A stretch of DNA of 64,000 bases from Actinomycetes bacterium (GTDB lineage Bacteria > Actinomycetota > Actinomycetes > S36-B12). Location: contig OZ245718.1 in NCBI GenBank assembly GCA_965227045.1, positions 3,223,528 to 3,287,527 on the forward strand, written 5' to 3'. Shown here piece by piece: positions 55,402 through 64,000 of the stretch (position 1 is its first letter; each line of letters opens with the position of its first letter). A model generated the notes under the pieces. That model did no database searches. It was not told the origin of the DNA and saw only the letters and a program-made list of their open reading frames with translations. Made by a program: the position numbers and the translations under genes.

Positions 55402-56805
55402 ATGAGCGCCGAAGACCTCATCTTCACACCGATTTCAGAGATCGCGCCGCGCATCAGGAGCAAGGAGCTGTCTCCAGTCGATGTGGTCCAGGCCACGCTC
55501 GACCGCATCGAGGCCGTCGATTCAAAGGTCGCCTCCTACTACACGGTATTCGCAGAGGATGCGATGTCCGAGGCGAAGAAGGCTGAGGCGGACATCGCAG
55601 GGGGAAACTACAAAGGACCTCTGCACGGCATCCCGATCGGCCTGAAGGACGTCATCTTCGATCGCCGGACAACGGGCGGCTCAAAGACCAGGGAGCACTT
55701 CATCGCCCCCGAGAAGGCGACGTTGGTCCGGAATCTGGAGAAGCACGGCGCGATCGTCGCTGGCAAGCTCGCCACCTACGAGTTCGCGGTCGGCACGCCC
55801 ACACTTGCGTCCTACTTTCCTCCTGCGCGCAATCCATGGGATTTGACAAAAGAGCCAGCAGGATCATCCTCCGGACCCGGCGCTGCGGTCGCTGCCGGCA
55901 CGGCTTTTGCATCAATCGGAACTGACACGATGGGTTCGGTCCGATACCCTGGATTCGCGACCGGGACCAACGCGATCAAACCAACGTATGGGCGAGTCAG
56001 TCTGGCGGGTACGTTCCCGTGCGCATTCACCATGGACAATCCCGGGCCGATCACTCGCACGGTGCTCGACAACGCATTGATGCTCAATGGGTGCGCGGGC
56101 TACGATCCGCGCGATTCCGCGAGCGCGGACGTTCCAGTCCCGGATTTCACGGCCGGTATCGAGGGCGGCGTAGCGGACCTGAGAATCGGCGTACCGTGGA
56201 GCCTGTTCGAGACGACGAATATTCAACCCGACATTCTCGAAGGGTTCAAGGCTGCACTCGCGGTCATGGAAGGCCTAGGGGCCACGATCGTCGACCTGCC
56301 GGGCCCGGACCATTCTACGATGATGGCGGCCAGCTGGATCATTGTGGCGACAGAGTTCGCCGCGGCGTACAAGGAAGCGGTCAAGGCTGATCACCACGGC
56401 TTCAGCAGAGACTCGGTCTACCTAACTGGCTTCGGATCGATCATCCCTTCTGCTCTTTATGTAAATGCACAACGCGTTCGCGAGCAACTGCGTATGAGCA
56501 TGCTTGACCAGCTTCAACAAGTCGACCTCTTCATGCTTCCGACCGCGGGCCGGCCGGCGCCATCGATCCTGGACAAGGCGCCCGAGAGGTGGATGGGCGA
56601 GAGCGAGGAACTGCTCCTCTTCTATACGCCCATCTTCGACCTTACGGGCTTTCCGGCACTCTCCACGCCCTGCGGCATTCTGGATGCTGGAACACCCAAC
56701 GGATTCCAACTCGCGGCACGGCCGTTCGACGAGGCAACGGTCTACCGAGCCGCGTATGCCTATGAGCAAGCCACACGCTGGTGCGATCGTCACGCACAGC
56801 TCTAA
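55402..56805 (+). CDS. amidase-signature (GatA/AtzE-like) amidase
   Basis: 467 aa. GPLHGIPIGLKD, AGSSSGPGAAVAAG, GTDTMGSVRYPG. Confidence 0.9.
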   Translation: MSAEDLIFTPISEIAPRIRSKELSPVDVVQATLDRIEAVDSKVASYYTVFAEDAMSEAKKAEADIAGGNYKGPLHGIPIGLKDVIFDRRTTGGSKTREHFIAPEKATLVRNLEKHGAIVAGKLATYEFAVGTPTLASYFPPARNPWDLTKEPAGSSSGPGAAVAAGTAFASIGTDTMGSVRYPGFATGTNAIKPTYGRVSLAGTFPCAFTMDNPGPITRTVLDNALMLNGCAGYDPRDSASADVPVPDFTAGIEGGVADLRIGVPWSLFETTNIQPDILEGFKAALAVMEGLGATIVDLPGPDHSTMMAASWIIVATEFAAAYKEAVKADHHGFSRDSVYLTGFGSIIPSALYVNAQRVREQLRMSMLDQLQQVDLFMLPTAGRPAPSILDKAPERWMGESEELLLFYTPIFDLTGFPALSTPCGILDAGTPNGFQLAARPFDEATVYRAAYAYEQATRWCDRHAQL

Positions 56806-56833
56806 TCGCCGATCTCGAACACTTGGAGTTTCA

Positions 56834-57019
56834 ATGGACAACAATTCACTCATCGCGGCAAAGCTGAACGAGGCGGGCCTGACGTTTTTCGGAGAGACGG
56901 CCATCGAGGATCTCTCGAACCTCTATCAGGGCGTCCTGTATTGGCAGACCCTTCTCGAGGATCAGCTTAAGTTTGAAACGGCGCCCGCCGCTGTTTTCAA
57001 TGCGGCGCAAAGACCCTGA
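56834..57019 (+). CDS. small AtzG/GatC-like protein, putative amidase partner
   Basis: 61 aa. ATG follows GGAG, 28 nt after the amidase stop. NEAGLTFFGETAIEDL...ETAPAAVFNA parallels the 53401..53589 product. In the ORF track it is hidden inside the longer ORF 56504..57019. Confidence 0.4.
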   Translation: MDNNSLIAAKLNEAGLTFFGETAIEDLSNLYQGVLYWQTLLEDQLKFETAPAAVFNAAQRP

Positions 57020-57166
57020 TCGCAGTACCTATCCACGTCCGGGGCTGAGAAGGCGAAACTCTTGGGTCGCGCGTGCCAGTCTCGGTGGCTCGTGACAAAC
57101 GCGTGATCGGGCTCCCGCGCGGGTCCGGAGCGCCCTAAATTGGGGGAACTGTTGTCCAACATCGCG

Positions 57167-58147
57167 ATGACTGCGGCAGAGATGGTGGAATACCTCGATG
57201 CGTCCCCGGTGGCTGCATTCGGGACCATTCTGGCTGGTGGTCTGCCTTACGTAGAGCCGTCGTCCTATGTGCGCGACGGGCGCGAAATCTACATGACTGC
57301 GAACCGCCAAGTAGAACCGGTTCGCATGACTCACAGCGAGGCAATGGAGTTCCTCTCGAACTACCGCCATCCACACGTAGGGACGCCGCTGCTCCTCTCT
57401 GCAGCGACGGTGCGCAAAGACGGCACGTGCTATGTCTCTCCATTGGGTTTGTATTGGGACGGCAGCCACGTCTACTTCCACCTGTTGGAGAGTAGGTCGA
57501 TGCTCCTTCGCCTGGAGCGAAACCCACGTATAGCTATAGCCACCTTCACGAGAGATTTTCCGCTGAGAGCGGTTGCCGTAGAAGGCGTTGCCGTCAGGGT
57601 TGCGAAGGACGACCCGGCGCAGGCCTATTCTCACGAAATCGTCCGGCAGAATTTCGAGTCTCCCGTGTACGCCGGGCTTCTCGCTGCAGACGCCCTCGAC
57701 AATCACGAGGCTATTCCGTCGATTCTGTTCCGCATTGAACAACGGAGCATGGTCGCTTGGGACGAGTCCAAGCGTCCGACCGCGGTCACCTCGGCAGCGC
57801 AGACGCGGATCGCTGACACAGCTCGTATCTTCATGTCGATGACTACGACCCACATGCCGTTGCAGGTCTTCAATGCCGTAGGCGATGCGGAGAGAGTTGA
57901 AGATGCCGAGGAAGCGACTAGGTGGGCCGCACTCATTCAGGAACGTCATTGCCGCCTTACGGCAAAGCCGCTGCTCGTCCACGAGCCGACTCTGGAACGA
58001 AGCGTCTTCAAGGTGACACTGGACAAGGTCATGGCTTGGGATCAAGCCAAGGACGTCTCGACCTTCGAGGACGGCTCGGGTGCGGCCGACACCGTTGCCC
58101 CGTGGGTATCTGCGAGCGAACTCTGGCGCACAGATGCTGGGAAATGA
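57167..58147 (+). CDS. atypically long PPOX-like split-barrel protein (hypothetical)
   Basis: The ORF opens at TTG 57140, with ATG at 57167. Contains MTHSEAMEFL...DGTCYVSPLGLYWDGSHVYFHL...NPRIAIATF plus partial repeats of the same pattern. Codon usage favours this strand over the antisense ORF. Confidence 0.45.
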   Translation: MTAAEMVEYLDASPVAAFGTILAGGLPYVEPSSYVRDGREIYMTANRQVEPVRMTHSEAMEFLSNYRHPHVGTPLLLSAATVRKDGTCYVSPLGLYWDGSHVYFHLLESRSMLLRLERNPRIAIATFTRDFPLRAVAVEGVAVRVAKDDPAQAYSHEIVRQNFESPVYAGLLAADALDNHEAIPSILFRIEQRSMVAWDESKRPTAVTSAAQTRIADTARIFMSMTTTHMPLQVFNAVGDAERVEDAEEATRWAALIQERHCRLTAKPLLVHEPTLERSVFKVTLDKVMAWDQAKDVSTFEDGSGAADTVAPWVSASELWRTDAGK

Positions 58148-58175
58148 AGAACACACTGACAACGAAGAAGGGGCG

Positions 58176-59570
58176 ATGAGAAGTCCTGGCTATACGTTAG
58201 TTGCGAGACTGCGTGTCACGGCGGAGTTGCATTTGTCTGGCCGTATCACCACAACGCTTGCCGAAAATGGGTATGTCGTCATCGGACTGGACGTAGTCGA
58301 AGCAGGACATCTCGAGATCGTCCTCGATGTCACCTGCAGGACGACGCTGGACGACGACGGCGTCCGGATGCGGGAAATACTCGCCTCCATGGGGGGATGC
58401 TCGGTAGAGCACGTTAGTGACGCGACCTTCCTTGTACACCTAGGCGGGAAGCTCGAGGTGCGTTCGACGGCCCCGCTCAAAACGCGCGACGACCTATCTC
58501 GCGCCTACACTCCCGGTGTTGCGCGCGTGTGTCTAGCAATCCACGAGAACCCCGCTAATGCACGTCATCTGACCATCAAGCGCAACACGGTCGCAGTGGT
58601 CACGGACGGATCCGCGGTCCTAGGTCTCGGAAATCTCGGACCGGAAGCGGCGATGCCTGTCATGGAAGGCAAAGCGGCTCTGTTCAAGGCGTTCGCAAAC
58701 GTGGACGCCTGGCCGATTGCGCTAGATACGCAGGATGTCGACGAGATTGTTCGGGCCGTGGAACTCATCGCTCCCGGATTTGGGGGCATCAATCTCGAAG
58801 ACATCTCGGCACCCCGATGCTTCGAGATTGAAAGACGCCTCCGGAAGTCGTTGCATATTCCGGTCTTTCACGACGATCAACACGGAACCGCAGTTGTGGT
58901 CCTAGCCGCATTGCTTAACGCGAGCAGAGTAGTGTCGAAGGACTTCGCGCGGCTGCGCGTTGTTCTGGCAGGCGCCGGAGCGGCCGGTGCTGCAGTCGCA
59001 CATCTTCTCTTGGCTGCCGGAGTTTCCGACATCACATTATTTGATTCCTCCGGTCCCGTCCATGTGGGTCGGACCGACCTGGATCCCGTTCGCCTCGAAC
59101 TCGCTCGCCGCACAAATTCACGGCGGCACGTTGGTTCGATAGCCGAGGCTTTGGTGGGAGCGGACGCGTTCATTGGCCTGTCTCGGCCCAATGTGATCTG
59201 CGGCGACGACATCGCAGCGATGGCCTCCAGCCCAATCGTCTTTGCTCTTGCCAACCCGGATCCGGAAATCGACCCTCAGGTAGCGTCGGAGTATGCCGCC
59301 GTTGTCGCGACGGGCAGAAGTGACTACCCAAACCAGATCAATAACGTTCTCGCGTTTCCAGGGATCTTCAGGGGTCTGCTAGACACTGGGACCGCAGAAA
59401 TCTCAGACAGCATGCTGCTGGCGGCAGCTCATGCAATCGCCAGTGTGGTGCTCGACGATGCCCTCTCAGCTGCCTACATAGTCCCGAGCGTTTTTGACCC
59501 GCTGGTCGCACCTGCAGTTGCTCGAGCGGTTGCTGACACGGCGGGACGCCTTGCGCCGAGGAATCCGTGA
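58176..59570 (+). CDS. NAD(P)-dependent malic enzyme with N-terminal ACT-like domain
   Basis: ATG 58176 follows GAAGAAGGGG; the ORF opens at 58080. YTPGVARVC, VTDGSAVLGLGNLG, FGGINLEDI, FHDDQHGTA, GAGAAG. Confidence 0.85.
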   Translation: MRSPGYTLVARLRVTAELHLSGRITTTLAENGYVVIGLDVVEAGHLEIVLDVTCRTTLDDDGVRMREILASMGGCSVEHVSDATFLVHLGGKLEVRSTAPLKTRDDLSRAYTPGVARVCLAIHENPANARHLTIKRNTVAVVTDGSAVLGLGNLGPEAAMPVMEGKAALFKAFANVDAWPIALDTQDVDEIVRAVELIAPGFGGINLEDISAPRCFEIERRLRKSLHIPVFHDDQHGTAVVVLAALLNASRVVSKDFARLRVVLAGAGAAGAAVAHLLLAAGVSDITLFDSSGPVHVGRTDLDPVRLELARRTNSRRHVGSIAEALVGADAFIGLSRPNVICGDDIAAMASSPIVFALANPDPEIDPQVASEYAAVVATGRSDYPNQINNVLAFPGIFRGLLDTGTAEISDSMLLAAAHAIASVVLDDALSAAYIVPSVFDPLVAPAVARAVADTAGRLAPRNP

Positions 59571-60748
59571 CCGTCCGTAGCCAGTTCGGGTCTGACGTCC
59601 TGATCACGGGATGGTCGCATTCCGAGTTTGGGAAGTTGGCAGATCACGACGTGGAATCGCTTGTTGTGGGCGTCGCTACGGAGGCAGTAGCGAACGCGGG
59701 ACTCGAGTTCGCTGACATCGACGCGATCTACGTTGGCAATTTCAACTCCGGATTGACCCCCCTGTCTTTCGTGTCGTCGCTCGCGCTCCAGTCGTCAGAT
59801 TCTCTGCTGTGCATCCCGGCGACACGCGTCGAGAACGCGTGCGCCTCCGGTTCCGCGGCCGTGCACGCGGGGATTATCGCGCTGCTTGCGGGAGTTGCGC
59901 GGAATGTCTTGGTCGTTGGTGTGGAGAAGATGACGCATGCCTCTGCCTCATCCGTTGGAAGCGCGCTCTTAGGTGCGGATTACGATCTAGCGGGCGAGGC
60001 CTCTTCGTCGGGATTTGCTGGCATATTCGCCACCGTTGCTGACGCGTACACCTCGCGGTATGGGGACTGCTCGGATTCTTTGGCGATGATCGCGGCCAAG
60101 AGCCATCGCAACGCGATGGACAACCCCTATGCCCATCTTCGTAAGGACCTAGGGCTCGAATTCTGTCGGACGGTGTCAGACAAGAATCCCGTAGTCGCGG
60201 GCCAACTACGCAGGACCGATTGTTCTCCGGTCTCAGACGGTGCGGCCGCGCTCGTCTTGTCCACGGCGGCGTCGGCGACTACGTCAGCCGTGAGGATGAT
60301 CGGCTTCAGTCACGCCAATGACTTCCTGCCGGGAAGCAAGCGAGATCCTCTTGCGTTCGTGGGGAGCGAGATGGCGTGGAATCGAGCCCTGGAGATGGCG
60401 GGCGTTACGGTGACCGATCTTAGCCTCGTCGAGTTGCACGACTGCTTCACCATCGCCGAGCTCAATCTGTATGAAGTGCTCGGGATCACGGAGCGGGGTC
60501 GCGCACGCGAAGCGCTGGACGAGGGCTGGGTGTTCGCCGGCGGGCGGATACCTGTCAACCGATCTGGTGGCCTGAAGTCGAAAGGCCACCCGGTTGGGGC
60601 GACTGGAGTAAGCCAATACGTAATGGCCGCCCAGCAGCTGACAGGATCAGCGGGCGCGATGCAGCTGCCGAACGTCGCGAGAGTCGCCGTGCACAATATG
60701 GGAGGCTTAGCAGTGGCCAACTATGTCGGCGTCCTGGAATTGGCGTAG
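59567..60748 (+). CDS. thiolase-domain protein (Cys and His catalytic residues present)
   Basis: 393 aa. GTG start overlaps the upstream stop (GTGA). VENACASGSAAV, KGHPVGATG, HNMGG. Confidence 0.8.
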   Translation: MTVRSQFGSDVLITGWSHSEFGKLADHDVESLVVGVATEAVANAGLEFADIDAIYVGNFNSGLTPLSFVSSLALQSSDSLLCIPATRVENACASGSAAVHAGIIALLAGVARNVLVVGVEKMTHASASSVGSALLGADYDLAGEASSSGFAGIFATVADAYTSRYGDCSDSLAMIAAKSHRNAMDNPYAHLRKDLGLEFCRTVSDKNPVVAGQLRRTDCSPVSDGAAALVLSTAASATTSAVRMIGFSHANDFLPGSKRDPLAFVGSEMAWNRALEMAGVTVTDLSLVELHDCFTIAELNLYEVLGITERGRAREALDEGWVFAGGRIPVNRSGGLKSKGHPVGATGVSQYVMAAQQLTGSAGAMQLPNVARVAVHNMGGLAVANYVGVLELA

Positions 60749-60794
60749 TGCGCGTTCCCATCTGGGCGGCAGAAGTCGGAGATTCACTAACGCG

Positions 60795-61673
60795 TCAACG
60801 AGCGCAAGATTGCCTCTCAAACACTTCCGTCGTCGTCTCTGCTAGCAGGCGTGTCGCGTCTGCAGGTTCCATCATACCGAGCGTGTCGGATAACACCTCG
60901 ACCGAAACTGGAGCAGAAACTCCGGAGGAGTACATCGTTGATAGCAAAGAGTCGATGTCGAAGCCTCCACGCCCGGGAGCTTCCCGCAGGTGAAAGGCTT
61001 CCTCGAGAAAGCTGACATCTTCCGCGGGCGTTGCAGTTCCGTCGCCGACCTGAATCAGGATGACTCGATCGGCGGGGACGGCGCGGATCAGCTCCAGGTC
61101 GGCTGCTCCCCGGAAGTGGTGCCAGAAGTCGATGAGCAGACCGCCGTTGGCGCGATTCGCCTCCTCGACGAGGCGCAAGGCGGCGCCGGCATCCGGGATG
61201 TTTGTTGTGGGGACGAACGCGAGGGCGACGAGAAGGTCTACTTCGGCAGCCCGATCGCAGAGCTCAGCGAAACGTTCCACCGCGTTGGGCTCCAGATCCG
61301 CGTCGAATGCCCCCATCGCGGCGAGGTGCCGGCAGCCGAAGGTATCGGCGATCGCAAACATCGCTTCTATGTCTGCTGCAGGCGTATAGCCGTAGCGGTC
61401 GTAGAACCGCGAGCCCGCTTGGTCTGCGTCGACGGCAAACCCTGCAGCCACCTCCAGCTCGCTAAAGCTCACTCCGTTGGAGGTCAGAATCGACTTCATC
61501 TCTTGTGGAGTGGTGCCAGTTGCGACCGTCTCACGATACGCGGAGAGACTCATTCCGATCGAGTCGAATCCCGCTGAGGCCGCTGCCTCCACTCTCTCGG
61601 CGAAGGACCTCGTTCTGATCGTCGACATGTTCGCAAGGATCATGGGCTGCATAGACCCGTTGACGTTCAGCAA
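60795..61673 (-). CDS. sugar-phosphate isomerase/epimerase (xylose-isomerase-like TIM barrel) family protein
   Basis: 292 aa. AGFDSIGMS, LIDFWHHFRG, IQVGDG: pattern typical of AP-endonuclease-2/TIM-barrel proteins. Confidence 0.7.
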   Translation of the reverse strand: MLNVNGSMQPMILANMSTIRTRSFAERVEAAASAGFDSIGMSLSAYRETVATGTTPQEMKSILTSNGVSFSELEVAAGFAVDADQAGSRFYDRYGYTPAADIEAMFAIADTFGCRHLAAMGAFDADLEPNAVERFAELCDRAAEVDLLVALAFVPTTNIPDAGAALRLVEEANRANGGLLIDFWHHFRGAADLELIRAVPADRVILIQVGDGTATPAEDVSFLEEAFHLREAPGRGGFDIDSLLSTMYSSGVSAPVSVEVLSDTLGMMEPADATRLLAETTTEVFERQSCAR

Positions 61674-61710
61674 CAGTTGACTCCTAAGGATCAGCGACTC
61701 ACATCGATCT

Positions 61711-61726
61711 TAGTACGTACGTCCAA
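61711..61726. promoter_or_regulatory. operator-like site (degenerate)
   Basis: TAGTACGTACGTCCAA in the divergent region 61674-61827. Confidence 0.35.
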
Positions 61727-61827
61727 TTTTCTGTAGTATTTCACAACGCATCAGATGATCCGAGTCCACAGCTTCGCGCGCGTCCGGAGCGGTATTGGTG
61801 GACAACGACATTTCACACGGAGGTGCC

Positions 61828-62640
61828 ATGACCGGTCGTGCCATAAGGGTGCAGGGATCTCTCGATCTTTGGATGGGAGGATCGGTGACTTCATCAACTA
61901 GATGCATACTTGCTCCGAATCCTTCTGCGATGACCCTAGAAGGCACCAACACGTGGCTCCTGGGCGCTCCAGGGAGCAGTAGGACTGTCGTCGTCGATCC
62001 AGGCCCGGACGAGCAGGAACACCTCGATGCAATTGCCGACACGGCAGCCGGAACAGTCGCGGAAATACTGCTCACTCACGGCCATGCCGATCACTCCGCG
62101 GGCGCACGTTCACTGGCTCAGCGGCTCGGAGTTCGTGTCCGTGCTATGGATCCGCAGCACCAGCTCGGGTCAGAGGGGTTGGTTGGTGGAGATGTCCTCG
62201 ACCTAGGGGAGTGGGTCATCGAGGTGGTCGCTACTCCGGGGCATAGCACGGACAGTTTGTGCTTCGTCATCCCACACGAGGGCGCGATTCTGACGGGCGA
62301 CACGGTGCTAGGAAGAGGCCCGTCGGTCGTCGACTGGCCAAACGGGAATCTCCGCGACTATCTCGACAGCCTGCGTCTGCTGCGTGACGTTGTTGCGGTT
62401 CGAAACGTGGGTGCTTTGCTGCCTGGACATGGTCCCGCGCTCTCGGATCCCGGAGGTGTCATAGACGCGTACTTGGAGCACCGAAGTTTGCGCTTGAGCG
62501 CAGTGCAAGCCGCACTGGATTCCGGCATTCGCGAACCATTAGACATCGTCCGTCGCGTCTATGCTGACGTTCCAGAGGCAGCCTGGCCATACGCCGAGAT
62601 GTCGGTTCGAGCCCAGTTGGAATACCTCTCGGGGCTGTAA
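61828..62640 (+). CDS. MBL-fold metallo-hydrolase
   Basis: ATG 61828 follows GGAGG; the ORF opens at TTG 61795. LLTHGHADHSAGA, TPGHSTDSL, LPGHG. Confidence 0.8.
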   Translation: MTGRAIRVQGSLDLWMGGSVTSSTRCILAPNPSAMTLEGTNTWLLGAPGSSRTVVVDPGPDEQEHLDAIADTAAGTVAEILLTHGHADHSAGARSLAQRLGVRVRAMDPQHQLGSEGLVGGDVLDLGEWVIEVVATPGHSTDSLCFVIPHEGAILTGDTVLGRGPSVVDWPNGNLRDYLDSLRLLRDVVAVRNVGALLPGHGPALSDPGGVIDAYLEHRSLRLSAVQAALDSGIREPLDIVRRVYADVPEAAWPYAEMSVRAQLEYLSGL

Positions 62641-62673
62641 AGCCAAGCCAGGCTGAGGTCTGCCCATTAAGCC

Positions 62674-63672
62674 TCACGGCCACGAGATGACAACTTTTCC
62701 GATCTGGCGCCCTGAGGCCATGTATTCATACGCCTGCATCGCCTCTGCGAAACGGAAGGTGCGGTCGATCACGGGGGATATGCGATGCTCGATCAGAAAG
62801 GCGAGCATTGACTCGAAGTGCGCCCTTGACCCCACTAGGACGCCCTGAAGGTCCACGGCCCGAACGGCAAGCTCGGAAGGGTCAATCGTTCCAGCGGCGA
62901 GACCTCCGATCAGGGAAATCTTGCCTCCAACCTTGCAGGCCTTGATCGAGCCGCTGACAGATGCACCGCCAACCGTCTCGACCACGTTGTCGACTCCCTG
63001 ACCGTCGGTCAGTTCACGGACCTTGGCCGGCCACTTGTCGTCACGCTGATCCACGACTGCTACCGCTCCCAGGCTCGACAAAGTGGGGAACTTGGCGGGC
63101 GTGGTCGACGTTGCGATCACGTGTGCGCCTCGCGCCAACGCAAACTGGAGCGCGAATATCGAGACGCCTCCGGAGCCTTGGACCAAGACACAATCGCCGG
63201 CTTCGATCTGGCCGACTGCGTTCCACGCGGTTACCGCCGCACAGGGAAGGGTCGCGGCACTTCGAGGATCGACGCCGTTTGGGATCTTCACGGTGCCTTC
63301 GGCGGAAAGTAGGCAGTACTCCGCGAGCACGCCGTCCCTGGTCCCTCCCAGAGCAGAGCTGAGGTACTCCTTCTTGATTGGTCCATCGATCCACGACTGG
63401 AAGAATGTGCCCGCGACCATGTCACCTGGTGACACGCGCTGCGCACCCGGTCCGCACGACACCACTTCGCCAACGCCGTCCGATAACGGGACGAAGCCAT
63501 CGATGCGGCTGTACGTTCCGTCCTTAACCCCCCGGAGCATGATTAGGTCTCGATAGTTGAGGGACGCGGCCCGTAGTCGGACTAGGACCTCTCCCGGGCC
63601 CGGGGTCGGCATCTCTTCGTCGACGGTTTCTACTCCGTATGCACCCTGCGACGTGAACCGATATGCCTTCAT
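62674..63672 (-). CDS. MDR-family NAD(P)-dependent oxidoreductase (quinone-oxidoreductase-like)
   Basis: ATG 63672 follows AAGGAGA; the ORF is open to 63759. GEVLVRLRAASLNYRDL and GSGGVSIFALQFA. Confidence 0.85.
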   Translation of the reverse strand: MKAYRFTSQGAYGVETVDEEMPTPGPGEVLVRLRAASLNYRDLIMLRGVKDGTYSRIDGFVPLSDGVGEVVSCGPGAQRVSPGDMVAGTFFQSWIDGPIKKEYLSSALGGTRDGVLAEYCLLSAEGTVKIPNGVDPRSAATLPCAAVTAWNAVGQIEAGDCVLVQGSGGVSIFALQFALARGAHVIATSTTPAKFPTLSSLGAVAVVDQRDDKWPAKVRELTDGQGVDNVVETVGGASVSGSIKACKVGGKISLIGGLAAGTIDPSELAVRAVDLQGVLVGSRAHFESMLAFLIEHRISPVIDRTFRFAEAMQAYEYMASGRQIGKVVISWP

Positions 63673-63783
63673 CCGTGATCTCCTTTGGACGGACAACGTC
63701 GAAGCGATAAGGCTCGAGACGCGCGCCAACTCGCCTTTTCCACGCCCTATTGTGCACACCGGTCGGAATGCCGACTCACCCGG

Positions 63784-63799
63784 TAGGACGGATGGCCTA
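63784..63799. promoter_or_regulatory. operator-like site (1 mismatch)
   Basis: TAGGACGGATGGCCTA in the divergent region 63673-63849. Confidence 0.4.
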
Positions 63800-63849
63800 A
63801 TATCTCATCTGGAAACGACTGCTGGCCCATCGTTGAGAAAGGAGGATCT

Positions 63850-64000
63850 GTGTGTGCGTTGGAAATAAGCCAATCTGCCCGCCAACCCGAAGACTGGACG
63901 GAGCCAGGAGTCTTTGAGGTTTCTCCAGGCGTCTATCGCGTTCCATTGCCCCTCCCTCTTGACGGGCTGCGTGCCGTCAACGTGTACCTGATCGTGGGTG
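63850..64000 (+). CDS. MBL-fold hydrolase-like protein, N-terminal fragment (3' end outside window)
   Basis: GTG 63850 follows AAGGAGG. Translation ...EPGVFEVSPGVYRVPLPLPLDGLRAVNVYLIVG is a typical MBL-fold N-terminus. Open to the window end. Confidence 0.45.
   Translation, partial: MCALEISQSARQPEDWTEPGVFEVSPGVYRVPLPLPLDGLRAVNVYLIVG

Noticed and set aside
57029-58162. 377 aa ORF on the minus strand overlapping the PPOX-like gene
   Set aside because: The product is Arg/Cys/Gly-rich with low complexity, has no recognisable motifs and no RBS. The plus-strand frame shows family-like motifs and the expected third-position GC bias. It is a typical antisense shadow ORF in high-GC DNA.
61980-61995. 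TAGGACTGTCGTCGTC, an operator-like half-palindrome inside the MBL hydrolase gene
   Set aside because: It lies within a confidently coding region (after the TNTWLL motif), and only the left half matches. It is probably chance.
1-64000. Search for CRISPR arrays, tRNA/rRNA genes, IS elements, integrases, toxin-antitoxin or phage-defence genes
   Set aside because: I found no regularly spaced direct repeats, no tRNA-like cloverleaf candidates in intergenic DNA, and no transposase, recombinase or nuclease-like ORFs. Despite its many paralogs, the island shows no recognisable mobility genes within this window.

Overview
This is a densely coding, high-GC segment with actinobacterial hallmarks: a mycothiol/DinB-type protein, a mycofactocin-type SDR, Ltp/DUF35 and MaoC-pair modules, a KshA-like Rieske oxygenase, frequent GTG/TTG starts and ATGA/GTGA stop-start overlaps. 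I found no rRNA, tRNA, CRISPR array, transposase or integrase. The window reads as a paralog-rich catabolic island made of several modules. (1) There are repeated CoA-thioester/beta-oxidation-like units: thiolases, Ltp-type thiolase-fold proteins, DUF35, MaoC hydratase pair, crotonases, acyl-CoA synthetases, an ACAD plus kinase-like partner, and many SDRs including three close paralogs. (2) Two sugar-type (CUT2-like) ABC importers are served by six substrate-binding-protein genes, three of them orphan paralogs. (3) A 2OG-oxygenase/bicupin/ThDP-enzyme trio is present. (4) A hydantoinase/oxoprolinase/acetone-carboxylase-type locus has a tandemly duplicated HyuB-like gene carrying a C-terminal Cys-rich, gamma-subunit-like domain, an ABM-fold gene and a single HyuA-like gene. 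Next to it lie an EamA transporter and two amidase-signature genes, each paired with a ~61 aa AtzG/GatC-like ORF. The most striking non-coding signal is a 16-bp palindrome, TAGGAC-N4-GTCCTA. I found about 20 copies (5 perfect), essentially all promoter-proximal, which suggests one repressor regulon. The only regulator in the window is a TetR gene that is itself flanked by sites. Other oddities are an intact Rieske-oxygenase paralog that has lost two Rieske cluster ligands, a frameshifted SDR, and mosaic near-identical tracts between the HyuB-like copies. All functional calls come from motif recognition by eye; no database search was possible.
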